From the NCBI GenBank assembly GCA_963754315.1, contig CAVWFS010000011.1, forward strand, positions 160,001 through 224,000: DNA of 64,000 bases, read 5' to 3'. Positions 52,051 through 63,881 of this stretch are shown here, piece after piece (position 1 is the first letter of the stretch; each line of letters starts with the position of its first letter). The translations under genes and the position numbers were made by a program. Origin of the DNA: an uncultured Candidatus Rokubacteria bacterium (lineage in GTDB: Bacteria > Methylomirabilota > Methylomirabilia > Rokubacteriales > CSP1-6). The notes beneath the pieces were generated by a model. The model had not been told where the DNA came from and ran no database searches. It was given only the letters and a program-made list of their open reading frames with translations.

Positions 52051-52665
52051 CCCGAGAAGGGCGCGCTGCTGGGCTTCGTGCTGTTCGTGGCGGGCGAATT
52101 CACCACCTCGTGGCACCAGGTCAATCCGGCCTGGCTGGCGGCCTTTATCCTGGTCGCGCTGCTGCTCACCGGGCTGGTCAGCAGGAAGGATTTCCAGCAG
52201 AGGATCGGCTGGCCGATGATCTTCTTCCTGCTCAGCCTGGAGGGCCTGAGTCGCTCGATCAGCTACCTGGGGCTCGACACCGCGCTGAGCGTCGCAGTCG
52301 GCGACCGCTTCGACTTCGTCGGCGGCAACCTCGTGTTGTTCATCCCGGTGGCACTGGCCGTGACGGTGGTGCTGCGCTTGGCGCTGCCGATCGCCGCCGG
52401 CATGGTGGTGGCGGCGGTGGTGCTGATGCCGGTGGCCGCGACCCAGAATATTCGCCCCTGGGTGCTGACGTTCCTGGCGGCCATGTTCAGCGACATGTGG
52501 TTCAAACCCTACCAGAGCTCGCAGTACCTGCAACTCGCCTCCAGCGGCTACGCCAAGTACATCCCCGATCCGGGCTTCCGGCGCTACAACCACTTCATGA
52601 ATGCGTCGCGCATCGTGGCGGCTTATGCCTCCGTGCCGTACTGGCAATGGCTGGGGCTGGCATGA
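52051..52665 (+). pseudogene. C-terminal part of a DASS/SLC13-like anion permease
   Basis: Multi-TM; FQQRIGWPMIFFL, WFKPYQS..Y, SVPYWQWLGL; 5' end missing. Confidence 0.6.
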
Positions 52666-53717
52666 AGCGGGGCGTGCTCGGCTGGCTGGTGGGCATCTTT
52701 ATGCTGGCGGCGATGGTGCTGCTGATCGGCTTCAACCTCACCAAGCTGCGCATCCTGGTGCTGCACAGCGGCGAGCGCAGCAACGGCTGGGACCAGCACA
52801 TCGACGACGGCATCCGCACCGCGCTGGGCCGCAACCGCCGGCGGGTGTCGGTGCATTGGCACTACATGGGCCTGGAGCGCTGTGCGCTCGAGGACGGTCG
52901 GCAAGACGCCGCCGCACAGGCCCGGCGCGCCATCGAGCAGCTTCGGCCGCACGTGGTGCTGGCGGTGGACGACGAGGCGCAGGCCTACGTGGCGCGCTAC
53001 TACGCGGTGCCGGCGGGGTCGGCGCAGGCGGCCGAGCCGTCGACGCGCATCGTCTACGCGGCGATCGACGGCCAGCCGTCCAGCTATGGCTACGACAGCG
53101 CGGCCAACGTCAGCGGCGTGCTCGAGCGGCTGCCGCTGGCGGCCATGCGCGAAACCCTGCTGACGCTGCGCGACGGCCAGCCAGCGCGGCTGGCGGTGAT
53201 CGGCCCGGTCGATCCCACCGGCGTCGCGCAGATGGAGCAGGTGGAGGCCTTTGACTGGGGCCCGCACAGCCTGGTGGCGGCGCAGGCACTGCCCGACTTC
53301 GCCGCCTGGCAGCAGGCCATCTCGCAGCTCGACATCCAGGCCGACGTGCTGATCGTCCTGTCCTTCGGCGGCTTGCCCCAGGGCGGCGGGTCGTCCAGGC
53401 TCATCGCCGTGAAGGAGGTCGCGGGCTGGATCGAAACCCGTGCCAAAGCGCTGCCAATCGGCGTCGACACGGCCTTTGTCGAAGGCGGTGGCGGCCTGGC
53501 CATTGGGCCCTCGCCGAGCGAGATGGGCGAGGTCGCCATGCAGATGAGCCTCGAGTGGCTGCGCGCCGTGGCCAACGGCCGGTCGGCGGCGCCGCCGGCG
53601 GTCGCAGGCAAGCACTACCGCGTGGCGCTGCGCGAGTCGGCGCTGCGTGCCCGCGGCGTGGCGCTGCCCTCGATCTACGTCGAGGCAGCCCGGCTCGACC
53701 GCAACGACTACCCCTGA
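52662..53717 (+). CDS. Periplasmic-binding-protein-like membrane-anchored protein
   Basis: N-terminal TM; RILVLHS...W...IDDGI; PHVVLAVDDEAQ; NVSGVLER; ATGA overlap. Confidence 0.7.
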   Translation: MKRGVLGWLVGIFMLAAMVLLIGFNLTKLRILVLHSGERSNGWDQHIDDGIRTALGRNRRRVSVHWHYMGLERCALEDGRQDAAAQARRAIEQLRPHVVLAVDDEAQAYVARYYAVPAGSAQAAEPSTRIVYAAIDGQPSSYGYDSAANVSGVLERLPLAAMRETLLTLRDGQPARLAVIGPVDPTGVAQMEQVEAFDWGPHSLVAAQALPDFAAWQQAISQLDIQADVLIVLSFGGLPQGGGSSRLIAVKEVAGWIETRAKALPIGVDTAFVEGGGGLAIGPSPSEMGEVAMQMSLEWLRAVANGRSAAPPAVAGKHYRVALRESALRARGVALPSIYVEAARLDRNDYP

Positions 53718-53719
53718 AC

Positions 53720-53816
53720 GCTCGCGGCCGCGGGGTGAGCGCGGCCAGGTTCTCAAGTAGCTCCAGCGGCTCGAACACGAGCTGGCGGGTTCCATCCGCC
53801 CACGCCGTCTTCAGCG

Positions 53817-53823
<7 letters not shown>
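53720..53823 (-). mobile_element. IS91-family transposase internal remnant
   Basis: LTLKTAWADGTRQLVFEPLELLENLAALTPRPR. Confidence 0.6.
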
Positions 53824-54935
<1,112 letters not shown>

Positions 54936-54972
54936 GATCCCATCGTAAGAGGTCGGGGCAAGCTTCGCCCGG

Positions 54973-55010
54973 TGAACATGTGTTCATGTATTGGACATAT
55001 GTGCTACCAT
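54973..55010 (+). promoter_or_regulatory. Candidate operator pair and extended -10 promoter of the regulator-trpBA operon
   Basis: TGAACA-TG-TGTTCA palindrome (54973-54986); related TGGACATATGTGCT (54992-55005); TGcTACCAT ending 6 nt before the ATG. Confidence 0.6.
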
Positions 55011-55016
55011 CCGCTC

Positions 55017-55967
55017 ATGATCGACGGCGAGCCCACCGACACCGACCTCCTCGTCCGCGCGAGCCGCCTCTACTACCTCGAGGAGCGGGGGCAGGCGGAG
55101 ATCGCGAGGCTCCTGCGCATCTCCCGCCCCGGCGTGAGCCGGCTCCTCAAGCGAGCGCGGGCGGCGCGGATCGTCGAGATCCGCGTGCGCGAGGCCGTGG
55201 GTGAAGACTGGAGGGGTCTCGAGCGACGGCTGGGCGTCAGGGAGCTGCACGTCGCGCCGGAAGCCGGGATCGAGGCCGTCGGCGGTCTCGGCGCTCGATA
55301 CCTGGAGCGCACGGTGCGGCGCGGCGACGTGATCGGGCTCACCGCCGGCACGACGCTCTCGGCGCTCGTGCAGTCCGTGAAGCCGCCGCGGCCCCTCGAC
55401 CTCGAGATCGTCCCGCTCGTCGGCGCGCTCTGGGACACCGGCGAGGACTTCGACGGCTCGTTCCTGTGCCAGGAGCTGCGCCGCCGCACGGGTGGGACGC
55501 ACCGGGTGCTGAGCGCGCCGGCCGTGGTCCGCGACGAGCGGGTGATGCGCTCGCTCCGGCTCGAGCCGAGGGTGCAGAGCGTGGTCGAGCGGTACGGCGC
55601 GGTGCGCTGCGCGTTCCTCGGCATCGGAGTGGTCTCCGCATCCCACCCGGTCGCCGTCGCGGTGAGAACGGCGGCGATCGGACGCGCCGGCGCGCGGCCG
55701 ACCAGGATCCTGCCGCGCGGCGCGGTCGCGAGCGTCGGCTGCCTCTTCTTCGACGCCGATGGGCGCCCGTGCCCCTCCGCGCTCGACCGCCGCACGATCG
55801 GCATCGCCCACGACCAGCTCAAGGCGGTGCCGCTTCGCGTGGGGCTCGCGGCGGGAGCGAAGAAGCTCGACGCGACCCTGGCCCTCGTCCGAGGCCGGGT
55901 GCTCGACGTCCTGATCGTCGACACGCCCCTCGCGCGGGGCCTGCTGGCGGCCACGAGCGAGAAATGA
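55017..55967 (+). CDS. SorC/DeoR(LsrR/CggR)-family sugar-binding transcriptional regulator
   Basis: RLYYLEERGQAEIARLLRISRPGVSRLLKRAR...IVEI; IGLTAGTTL; VPLVG; FFDADG; VLIVD. Confidence 0.88.
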   Translation: MIDGEPTDTDLLVRASRLYYLEERGQAEIARLLRISRPGVSRLLKRARAARIVEIRVREAVGEDWRGLERRLGVRELHVAPEAGIEAVGGLGARYLERTVRRGDVIGLTAGTTLSALVQSVKPPRPLDLEIVPLVGALWDTGEDFDGSFLCQELRRRTGGTHRVLSAPAVVRDERVMRSLRLEPRVQSVVERYGAVRCAFLGIGVVSASHPVAVAVRTAAIGRAGARPTRILPRGAVASVGCLFFDADGRPCPSALDRRTIGIAHDQLKAVPLRVGLAAGAKKLDATLALVRGRVLDVLIVDTPLARGLLAATSEK

Positions 55968-57233
55968 CGGCCATGCTCGGAGAGCTCTTTCAGTGGGCGC
56001 CCGGCCGTGAGGGCTACTACGGCGACTTCGGCGGCGCGTTCGTGCCCGAGATCCTCCACGAGACTCTCGCGGAGCTGCGCGCGGCCTTCGACGACGCGCG
56101 GCGCGATCCGGGCTTCTGGAAGTCCAGTACGTCGAGGTGATGTCGACCTACTCGAGCCGTCCCACGCCGGTGACGTACTGCGAGAACCTCACGCGGAGGC
56201 TCGGCGGCGCGCGCATCTACGTCAAGCGTGAGGACCTGAATCATACCGGCGCCCACAAGGCCAACAACGTCATGGGCCAGGGCCTGCTCGTGAAGCGCAT
56301 GGGCAAGCGGCGGGTGATCGCCGAGACCGGCGCCGGGCAGCACGGCGTGGCCACCGCGACGATGGCGGCGCGGCTCGGCCTGCGCGTGCACGATCTACAT
56401 GGGCGAGGAGGACATCGCCCGCCAGCGGCCGAACGTCTTCTGGATGGAGCAGCTCGGGGCCGAGGTGGTCGCGGTCACCGACGGCACGCGGACGCTGAAG
56501 GACGCGATCAACGCGTGCCTGCGCGACTGGGCCGACTCGATGGCCGACACGCACTACGTGCTGGGCACGGTGTGCGGGCCGCATCCGTTCCCGCAGATGG
56601 TGATGTACTTCCAGTCGATCATCGGCCAGGAGGCGCGCGGGCAGATGCTCGCCGCGACCGGCGGGCTTCCGCGCCGGGTGTACGCGTGCGTGGGCGGCGG
56701 CTCGAACGCGTCCGGCATCTTCGCGGGATTCCTCGACGACCGCTCGGTCGAGCTCGTCGGCGTGGAAGCCGGCGGCCACGGGATCGACACCGGCAAGCAC
56801 ACCGCGCGCCTCGCCGGCGGCAAGGGCCGACCGGGCGTCGCTCAGGGCTACAAGACCGTCTTCCTCCAGAGCGAGGAAGGCCTCATGCACGACACGCACT
56901 CGGTGGCGGCGGGCCTCGACTACATCGGCGTCGGCCCGATCCTCGCCCACCTGCACCAGCAGGGGCCGAGTCCGCTTCGAGGCGGCGACCGACGCGGAGG
57001 TCGTCGAGGCGCTGCGCCTCACGATTCGGAGCGAGGGGCTCATCCCGGCGCTCGAGAGCGCCCACGCGTTCGTCACGGCGTTCAAGGAGGCGCCGAGCCT
57101 CGCCAGCGGCGACGTGGTTCTCGTCAATCAGTCCGGCCGCGGCGACAAGGACATCTTCACCGTCGCCGACGCGCTCGGCGACGAAAGCTGGAAGGAGTTC
57201 ATCCGCCGGAAGGCCGCGAGCTACGGACGATGA
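55964..57233 (+). CDS. trpB: Tryptophan synthase beta subunit (three apparent frameshifts)
   Basis: [68 protein letters not shown]. Confidence 0.92.
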
Positions 57234-58026
57234 GCGGCGCTCGAACGGCTCCGACTCGAGCGCCACGTGCGCGAGCGGCTCGACGCGGAAGCCGCTCCTC
57301 CTCATGGCGCACGTGGTGGTCGGCTATCCGTCCCTCGACGCCAACTGGGCGATGCTGGAGGCGATGGACGACGCGGGAGTGGACCTGGTCGAGCTGCAGC
57401 TGCCGTTCACCGAGCCCATCGCCGACGGCCCGTCCTTCGTGAAGGCGAATCACGAAGCGATCCAGGGGGGCACCCCGTGGCGTGCCTACTTCGAGCTCGC
57501 CACGCGCGCCACCTCGCGATTCGGCTTCCCGATCCTGTTCATGGGCTACTACAACAGCGTCTTCCGCATGGGCGCCGAGCGCTTCTGCGCGAAGCTGGCC
57601 GAGGCGGGCATGCGAGGGTTCATCCTCGCGGACCTGCCGCCGGAGGAGGCGACCGAGCTCAACCTGATGGCCCGCGCGGGCACGCTCGATCCCATCTTGA
57701 TCATGACCCCGACGAACTCGCCGGCGCGCCTGGCCGAGATCGCCGGACAGGCGTCGGGCTTCGTCTACTGCACCGCGCGCAAGGGCGTGACCGGGAGGAG
57801 GACCGACCTCTCGCAGGGCGTGAAAGGGTTCCTGGCACGATGTCGGGCGGCGACGTCGCTGCCGCTCGGGCTCGGGTTCGGCATCAAGACGGCCGGCGAC
57901 GTGCGAGAGCTACGCGGCCTGGCCGACATCGCGATCGTCGGCACCGCGTGTCTCGAGGCGTGGGAGGCGGGCGGTGCGAGTGGCTACCGGCAGTTCGTGA
58001 AGACGCTCGCGGCCGAGACCCGCTGA
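57230..58026 (+). CDS. trpA: Tryptophan synthase alpha subunit (5' indel)
   Basis: [35 protein letters not shown]...GVTG, GFGI. Confidence 0.9.
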
Positions 58027-58034
58027 GGGGCTGG

Positions 58035-58796
58035 TCACAGGGCGAGATTTCTCGGATAGGTCGCCTTGGCCGAATCGGCGCGCCGGAGGTCGATCTCGAC
58101 CGTCTCGAACGGGCGGCCGGCCGTCGTCTCGGCGAGGAGCTCACCCTCGGGCGAGATGATCCAGCTCTGACCGCAGAAGTCGTCGCGATCGTAGGAGAGC
58201 CGGTTCGCCGACGCCACGAAGCATCCCGAGACGATCGCCATCAACGACGCGGCCGCCATCCATCGCCGGTGGCCGCCGGTCGCGCGAGGTGCCGCGAGCA
58301 ATTGCGCGCCGCTCCGCCCGATCCGCCACGAGAGATCGGTGAAGAGCATCTCCGTGCACATCTGGAAGCCGACCCGCGCGGATCGAAGCCGGAGCGGCGA
58401 GGGGTCGAGCTCTCCCTGATCGAACCAGGCCGCTTCCCGGCCGTCGGGCTCGTCCGGCAGATAGACCTTGCTGCGGCCGCCCTGGTAGCCGCCGTCCCTC
58501 GATCCACGAAAGCCCTGGTTGAGCCGGCGGCCGCCGATCTCGACCGGCCGAGACGCGAGCACGACGTCGACCCGCAGCTCGACGAGCCTCGAGATCATCG
58601 CGCCGTGGTCGGCGAGCGCCCGTTTCCAGACCACCGGATCCAGGTCCGGGCTCGTGAAGACCGTCCAGTCGACGAACGGCATCTCGGGAAGGGCGAGGAC
58701 GTCGGTCGGGTGGTCCTCGAGATAGCGAGCGAGCTGTTGCAACGCCGCGTCTCGCCTGACGCGTTCGTCCGGCAGCTCGCACACGGTTACCCGCAC
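58035..58796 (-). CDS. Carbon-nitrogen hydrolase (nitrilase superfamily)
   Basis: LALPEM (Glu), SKVYLP (Lys), MCTE (Cys) triad; SANR; GQSWIISPEG. Confidence 0.87.
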   Translation of the reverse strand: MRVTVCELPDERVRRDAALQQLARYLEDHPTDVLALPEMPFVDWTVFTSPDLDPVVWKRALADHGAMISRLVELRVDVVLASRPVEIGGRRLNQGFRGSRDGGYQGGRSKVYLPDEPDGREAAWFDQGELDPSPLRLRSARVGFQMCTEMLFTDLSWRIGRSGAQLLAAPRATGGHRRWMAAASLMAIVSGCFVASANRLSYDRDDFCGQSWIISPEGELLAETTAGRPFETVEIDLRRADSAKATYPRNLAL

Positions 58797-59225
58797 GTCG
58801 CGTCCTCGCGCAACGCCAGACGCCGCCAGCCGAGGACGACGGCGCTCGCCGCCAGGACGACGCTGGCCAGCAGGAGTCCCTCCGAGTAGCCGCCGCCCGT
58901 CGTGACCAACAGGCTGACGACCATGGGGCCGCCGATCTGCCCGACCGCGGCGCCGAGGTCATCGCCGCCATGAGCCCGTCGCGTCCGAACCGGCCACCGC
59001 CCGCGCCTCCTGCAAGCCCGCCATGGTGTTCACCATGAAGGTACCGCCGACACCCACGGCGGCGAGGAGGATTCCCGCGATGCCCGGGACGACGACCAGC
59101 AGCGCGACAGCGGACGCCATCACGAGGTGGCTCAGCATCCAGAGACGGCGGTTGCCTCCGATTCCAGCGGCGAGCGCCGCCAAGCACGTCGACGCTGCGG
59201 CGGCAGCTCCGAACACCGGCTTCGC
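58793..59225 (-). pseudogene. C-terminal remnant of a YbfB/YjiJ-like MFS transporter
   Basis: PVFGAAAAAST...VGGTFMV..MAGLQEAR...LMAAMT...GQIGGP. Confidence 0.6.
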
Positions 59226-59567
59226 CTAGAGAGGGGAGCTGACCAGCGCGGGCAGGACGAACTGGTTGATTGCCTGCGTCGCCGCCGAGGGCAACGACAG
59301 GTGGCGACGGCAGGCCTTTGCTCCGTCCTTTGATCGCGTGCCTGTCGGGCTTCGTGGATGATCATTTTCCGTAGGCGGGCGTTGCGTCACTGGTCGATGG
59401 CACGCGAGAGTTTGCTCTCGCTTCATGCGGGTGGAGGTGCGCGTTAGAATGGTCATGTACGTGGGAATCTTCCGACTCAACTTCGTGCCATTGCTGCCGG
59501 CTTGCTCAGTGGCTACCGCGCGCAGGCTGCGCTTGCGTGGTTTGCGTAGGACCGGGACAGCCGGCTG

Positions 59568-60533
59568 ATGACGCGGCCCGCGGCGAGTTATCGGGTGGCC
59601 TCCTTGCTTCCGTCGGCGACCGAGATCGTCTGTGCCGTAGGCGCGGGGGAGGAGCTCGTGGGGATCTCCCACGAGTGCGACTTTCCCGACCGCGTGCGCC
59701 ATCTTCCGGCTCTGACCCGCGCGCGGCTGCGACCAGTGAGGAGCAGCCGTGAGATCGATCGAGAGGTGCGTTCGGTGCTCCAGCAGGCCCTCGCTGTCTA
59801 CGAGATCGACCTGGTGCGGCTGGAGGAAGTCCAACCTGACGTAATCGTCACCCAGGATCTCTGTGACGTGTGCGCAGTCTCGTTCGACGATGTTTGCGCC
59901 GCGGCGGCCGCGCTTGTGCACCACCCGATTCGCATTGTCAATTTGCACCCGAACCGCCTCGACGACATCTGGGCTGATGTCATTCGTGTTGCTGAGGCGC
60001 TCGGGCGAGCCGACGAGAGCGCCCGCGTCGTGACAGTTCTGCAGGCGCGCACCGCCGAGATCACACGACGGAGTCTCGTCTGCCCTCAGAAGCCTCGCGT
60101 TGTATCGATCGAATGGCTGGACCCTGTGATGCTTGGCGGGATGTGGATGCCTGAGCTGGTCGAGAGGGCGGGAGGCATCCCTTTGGTTACGCGACCAGGC
60201 GATCACGCGCCAACCTTGACGAGGGAGGAGCTGCACGCGCTCGCTCCCGACGTCGTGCTGATCAAGCCGTGCGGCTTTCCGCTCGAACGGACCATCGAGG
60301 AGCTCTCGTTGCTGCGCACAGCGCTGCCCTGGGAGACCTGGCGTGCCACGCAAGAGGGACGCGTCTACGTCGCTGACGGAAACGCTTACTTCAATAGGCC
60401 AGGCCCGCGTATCGTCGAGTCGCTGGAGATTCTGGCGGCGTGCGTGCACCCGGAAGCGTTCGGGGACTTTCGCGGCAAGCACCGAGAGTCCGTGATTCGA
60501 CTGAGCGCGGACGTGACCCCGCACGTGTTCTGA
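59568..60533 (+). CDS. Cobalamin/Fe-siderophore-binding protein (BtuF-like helical-backbone fold)
   Basis: [37 protein letters not shown]...[15 protein letters not shown]; no signal peptide. Confidence 0.85.
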   Translation: MTRPAASYRVASLLPSATEIVCAVGAGEELVGISHECDFPDRVRHLPALTRARLRPVRSSREIDREVRSVLQQALAVYEIDLVRLEEVQPDVIVTQDLCDVCAVSFDDVCAAAAALVHHPIRIVNLHPNRLDDIWADVIRVAEALGRADESARVVTVLQARTAEITRRSLVCPQKPRVVSIEWLDPVMLGGMWMPELVERAGGIPLVTRPGDHAPTLTREELHALAPDVVLIKPCGFPLERTIEELSLLRTALPWETWRATQEGRVYVADGNAYFNRPGPRIVESLEILAACVHPEAFGDFRGKHRESVIRLSADVTPHVF

Positions 60534-60534
60534 G

Positions 60535-60660
60535 CTTTCGATCCGCATCCGCACGGTCTGGGCAGCCTCGACCATGGCTCTGAGGGCGGGAATCACCTCG
60601 CCCCATGTTCGGGTCTTGAGACCGCAGTCAGGATTCACCCAGAGCTGCGCAGCCGGGAGG
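60535..60660 (-). pseudogene. metE: Extreme C-terminus of cobalamin-independent methionine synthase
   Basis: [37 protein letters not shown]. Confidence 0.8.
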
Positions 60661-61321
60661 CCATGTGGGCGCTCTCGTCGCGGAACACCCAGCTCGTGCC
60701 GGCGGCCAACCCGTGCAAGAGGCCGCGGGAGCGCAAGAAGTAGACGTAGGCAAAGGCGCCGAAAAAGAATAGCCCCTCGACGCACGTGGCGAAGCAGATC
60801 AGGTTGAGCAGGAACTGGCGCCGCTGCGCTCGCGTGTCGAGCCGCTCGAGGGCCTGAATGGAGTTCAGCCAGCGCAGGCAGAAGTCGGCCTTCCGGCGAA
60901 TGGAGGGAATGTTCTCCACGGCCGCGAATGCGCGGTGACGTTCCTCGGGGTCGGCAACGTACGTGTCGAGGAGAGTCAAGTAGAACTGCACGTGGAGCGC
61001 CTCCTCGTAGAGCTGGCGCGACAGGTACATGCGCGCCTCGGGGGCGTTGAGGTGCCGGTAGAGATTAAGGACCAGATTGTTGGCCACGATGGAGTCGCCG
61101 GTCGCGAAGAAGGCCACCAGCCGCTGGACGAGGTGGCGCTCGGCGTCCGACATCTTGGCCTGCAGATCGCCCACGTCTGTGGCGAAATCGACCTCTTCCA
61201 CGGTCCACGTGTTCTTGATGGCGGCCCTATACATCTCGAAGAAGGCGGGATAGGCCATGGGCCGCAGCGTCAGGCACAGGCCTGGGTCGAGCAAGCGGGC
61301 GGGCCGGGCGACGTGGCTCAC
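60661..61321 (-). pseudogene. nrdB: Class Ia ribonucleotide reductase beta subunit, C-terminally truncated
   Basis: [43 protein letters not shown], then joined to the metE tail. Confidence 0.85.
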
Positions 61322-61605
61322 TGGCAGGCCTCGCAGGACTCGGGATTCTCGAGCGAGCAGGCGACGGCGGCCGCGTCCGGCGTCAGCACCGGCGCCGTGG
61401 GTGCCGAGGCCTCTACTGTGGCTTTGGAGATCCGTGTGGCTGGTCGCGAGCGCAGGTAGTACGTGGTCTTGAGTCGCTTCTTCCAGGCGTAGAAGTACAT
61501 GCTCGAGAGCTGGCCGATAGTGGGATTCTCGACGAAAAGGTTCAGCGACTGGCTTTGGTCAATGAAGGCACCCCGATCGGCTGCCACACGACGCTGGCGG
61601 AGTTC
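61318..61605 (-). pseudogene. nrdA: Class Ia ribonucleotide reductase alpha subunit, C-terminal remnant
   Basis: AADRGAFIDQSQSLNLF...LKTTYYLR...CSLENPESCEACQ. Confidence 0.85.
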
Positions 61606-61729
61606 GTCCTCTTCACGCTCGGCAGTGTCCCCAAGCCAGGGGCCATGCGTGGACCGTGGCCGACATAAACGGGCCGCGCATCGAGAGGTCTAAGTCTTGC
61701 TCGGAAAGGCCTCCTGACCCATTGACCAC

Positions 61730-61765
61730 TTGACAGTATTGCTACATAAGAGTAGAAACCATTAC
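61730..61765 (+). promoter_or_regulatory. sigma70 promoter of the chr operon with overlapping GTA..TAC palindromes
   Basis: TTGACA-17bp-TAGAAA, ATG 7 nt later; GTATTGCTAC and GTAGAAACCATTAC imperfect palindromes. Confidence 0.6.
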
Positions 61766-62728
61766 ATGACAGGGGGTAGCCCCAACTGGCTGGAGCTGGT
61801 CATCAGCCTTCCCACGGAGAACGCCACGGAGCGGATGCGCGTGTGGCGGGCCCTGAAAACGACGGGGGCCGTGGTGCTCCGCGACGGCGTCTACGTGATT
61901 CCGGACCGCCCCAACCTGGAAGAGGTTCTGGCGCGACTGGCCGCCGAGATCGACGCAGCCGGCGGCAGCGCCCACGTGCTCCGGATCGTGGCGCGCGATG
62001 CGGAGCAGGCAGACGCGCTGCGCGGCTTGTTCGATCGGACCAAGGAATACGCCGACCTTGCCGGTGAGATCGCGAACGCCCGCAAGGTTGCATCGACGCA
62101 GGACCCGGCCGCTCTTCGCCGGCAGATGAGGACGCTTCGGCGACAGTTCGAGGCGCTCGCCGCCATCGACTTTTTCCCCGGCGAAGCCAAGGTTCAGGTG
62201 GAATCGGCGCTCAACGAGGCCGAGGCGGCTGCGGAGGAGATCCTGGAACCCGGCGAGCCCCGCGCCGCGCAGGGCCCGATTCCACGGCTGGACCGGGCCC
62301 GGTACCGCAACCGCGTGTGGGCGACGCGCAGGGCCCCGTGGGTGGACCGCCTCGCTTGCGCCTGGCTCATCAAGCGGCACATCGACCCTGGGGCGTCGTT
62401 CGTCTGGCTCGAGAAGCCGGCGGACCTGCCGAAGCGGGCAGTGGGGTTCGACTTCGACGGGGCCCCGTTCACGCACGTCGATACGCGCGTGACCTTCGAG
62501 GTGATGCTGAGGAGTTTCGGGCTGGAGGGGGACGCGGCCCTCCTGAAACTGGCCGAGGCGGTGCACTATCTCGACGTGGGTGGACTCCCGGTGAGCGACG
62601 CCCCGGGCCTGGGGACGCTGCTGGCTGGCGCTCGGCAGCGGAGCCGAGACGACGACCACCTCCTCAAGCAAGCCATCACTCTCTTCGATCTGGTCTATAC
62701 GGCGTACGCCGAGGGCGAGTCCCGATGA
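61766..62728 (+). CDS. chrB: Chromate resistance regulator ChrB
   Basis: RMRVWRALK..GAVVLRDGVY, AIDFFP, WATRRAPWVDRLACAWLIKRHID, FDFDGA.FTH. Confidence 0.92.
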   Translation: MTGGSPNWLELVISLPTENATERMRVWRALKTTGAVVLRDGVYVIPDRPNLEEVLARLAAEIDAAGGSAHVLRIVARDAEQADALRGLFDRTKEYADLAGEIANARKVASTQDPAALRRQMRTLRRQFEALAAIDFFPGEAKVQVESALNEAEAAAEEILEPGEPRAAQGPIPRLDRARYRNRVWATRRAPWVDRLACAWLIKRHIDPGASFVWLEKPADLPKRAVGFDFDGAPFTHVDTRVTFEVMLRSFGLEGDAALLKLAEAVHYLDVGGLPVSDAPGLGTLLAGARQRSRDDDHLLKQAITLFDLVYTAYAEGESR

Positions 62729-62745
62729 TGCTGCGGGAGGCATCG

Positions 62746-63870
62746 ATGAAGACACCGGGGCGTCCGAGCACCGCCGATCTGCTGCGCTATTTCCTGTACC
62801 TGGGCAGCCTTGGGTTCGGCGGCCCGGTGGCCCTGGTGGGCTACATGCAGCGCGATCTGGTGGAGCGGCGCGGGTGGTTCACCAAGGACGAGTACACGAA
62901 GTCCCTCGCCCTGTCCCAGCTCGCCCCTGGCCCGCTGGCGGCCCAGCTCGCGATCTGCCTCGGATACGTGCACTCGAAGGTGCGGGGCGCGACCTTGGTC
63001 GCGCTGGCCTTTATCTTGCCATCGTTCGTGATGACCCTCGCCATCAGCTGGCTCTACGTGCGCTTCGGCGGGCTGGCCTGGATGCAGGCGGCGTTCTACG
63101 GCGTCGGGGCGACGGTCATTGGCATCATCACCATCGCCGCCTACAAGCTCGCCAAGCTGACGATGGCGAAGGACCGCCTGCAGTGGACGATCTTCGCCGT
63201 CATGGCGGTGACGACGGCGTGGACCGAATCGGAGATCGGCTGGCTGTTCATCCTGTGCGGGGTGGTGGCCCTGGTCGCGCAGGCGCCGCCGGCGTTCCTG
63301 CGTCGGCCCCGCGCGGCATGCCTGGCGGTGGTTGTCACCCCCGAGATCCTCGGCCAGATCCTGTGGTTTTTCACGAAGGCGGGGGCCTTCGTGTTCGGGA
63401 GCGGGCTGGCCATCGTGCCCTTTCTCTACGGCGGGGTGGTGCAGCAGTACGGCTGGCTGAACGACAAGCAGTTTCTGGACGCGGTGGCGGTGGCCATGCT
63501 GACCCCGGGGCCGATTGTCATCACCGTGGCCTTCGTCGGCTACCTGGTGGCGAGCTTCCCGGGGGCGGTGGCGGCGGCGATCGGCGTGTTCCTGCCCGTG
63601 TATCTGTTTGTCGTGATTCCGTTTCCGTGGTTTGACCGATTCAGCGAGAACCCGAAGGTGAAGGCCTTCGTGGGCGGCGTCACCGCCGCCGCCTCGGGAG
63701 CCATCGCGGGGGCGTGCTACGTGCTGGCGCGACGGGCGATCACCGACCTCCCCACCGTGCTCATCGCCGTGGTCGCCCTCGGGATCGTGTGGCGGTTCAA
63801 AGTGCCGGAGCCGGTGCTCATCGCCGCCGGCGCCGCCGTGGGCCTGTTGATCTTCTCGATCAGAGGATAG
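62746..63870 (+). CDS. chrA: Chromate efflux transporter ChrA (long-chain CHR)
   Basis: GFGGP, QLAPGPLAAQ, VFGSGLAIVP, LTPGP. Confidence 0.93.
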   Translation: MKTPGRPSTADLLRYFLYLGSLGFGGPVALVGYMQRDLVERRGWFTKDEYTKSLALSQLAPGPLAAQLAICLGYVHSKVRGATLVALAFILPSFVMTLAISWLYVRFGGLAWMQAAFYGVGATVIGIITIAAYKLAKLTMAKDRLQWTIFAVMAVTTAWTESEIGWLFILCGVVALVAQAPPAFLRRPRAACLAVVVTPEILGQILWFFTKAGAFVFGSGLAIVPFLYGGVVQQYGWLNDKQFLDAVAVAMLTPGPIVITVAFVGYLVASFPGAVAAAIGVFLPVYLFVVIPFPWFDRFSENPKVKAFVGGVTAAASGAIAGACYVLARRAITDLPTVLIAVVALGIVWRFKVPEPVLIAAGAAVGLLIFSIRG

Positions 63871-63881
63871 GAGGAAAACGT

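Noticed and set aside
59226..59567. Cobalamin riboswitch upstream of the BtuF-like gene
   Set aside because: No recognisable B12-box or conserved core found by eye; an Infernal search with RF00174 would decide.
59226..60785. 519-aa minus-strand ORF as a full MetE
   Set aside because: Only about 40 aa match the MetE C-terminus; the rest is antisense to the cobalamin-binding protein gene.
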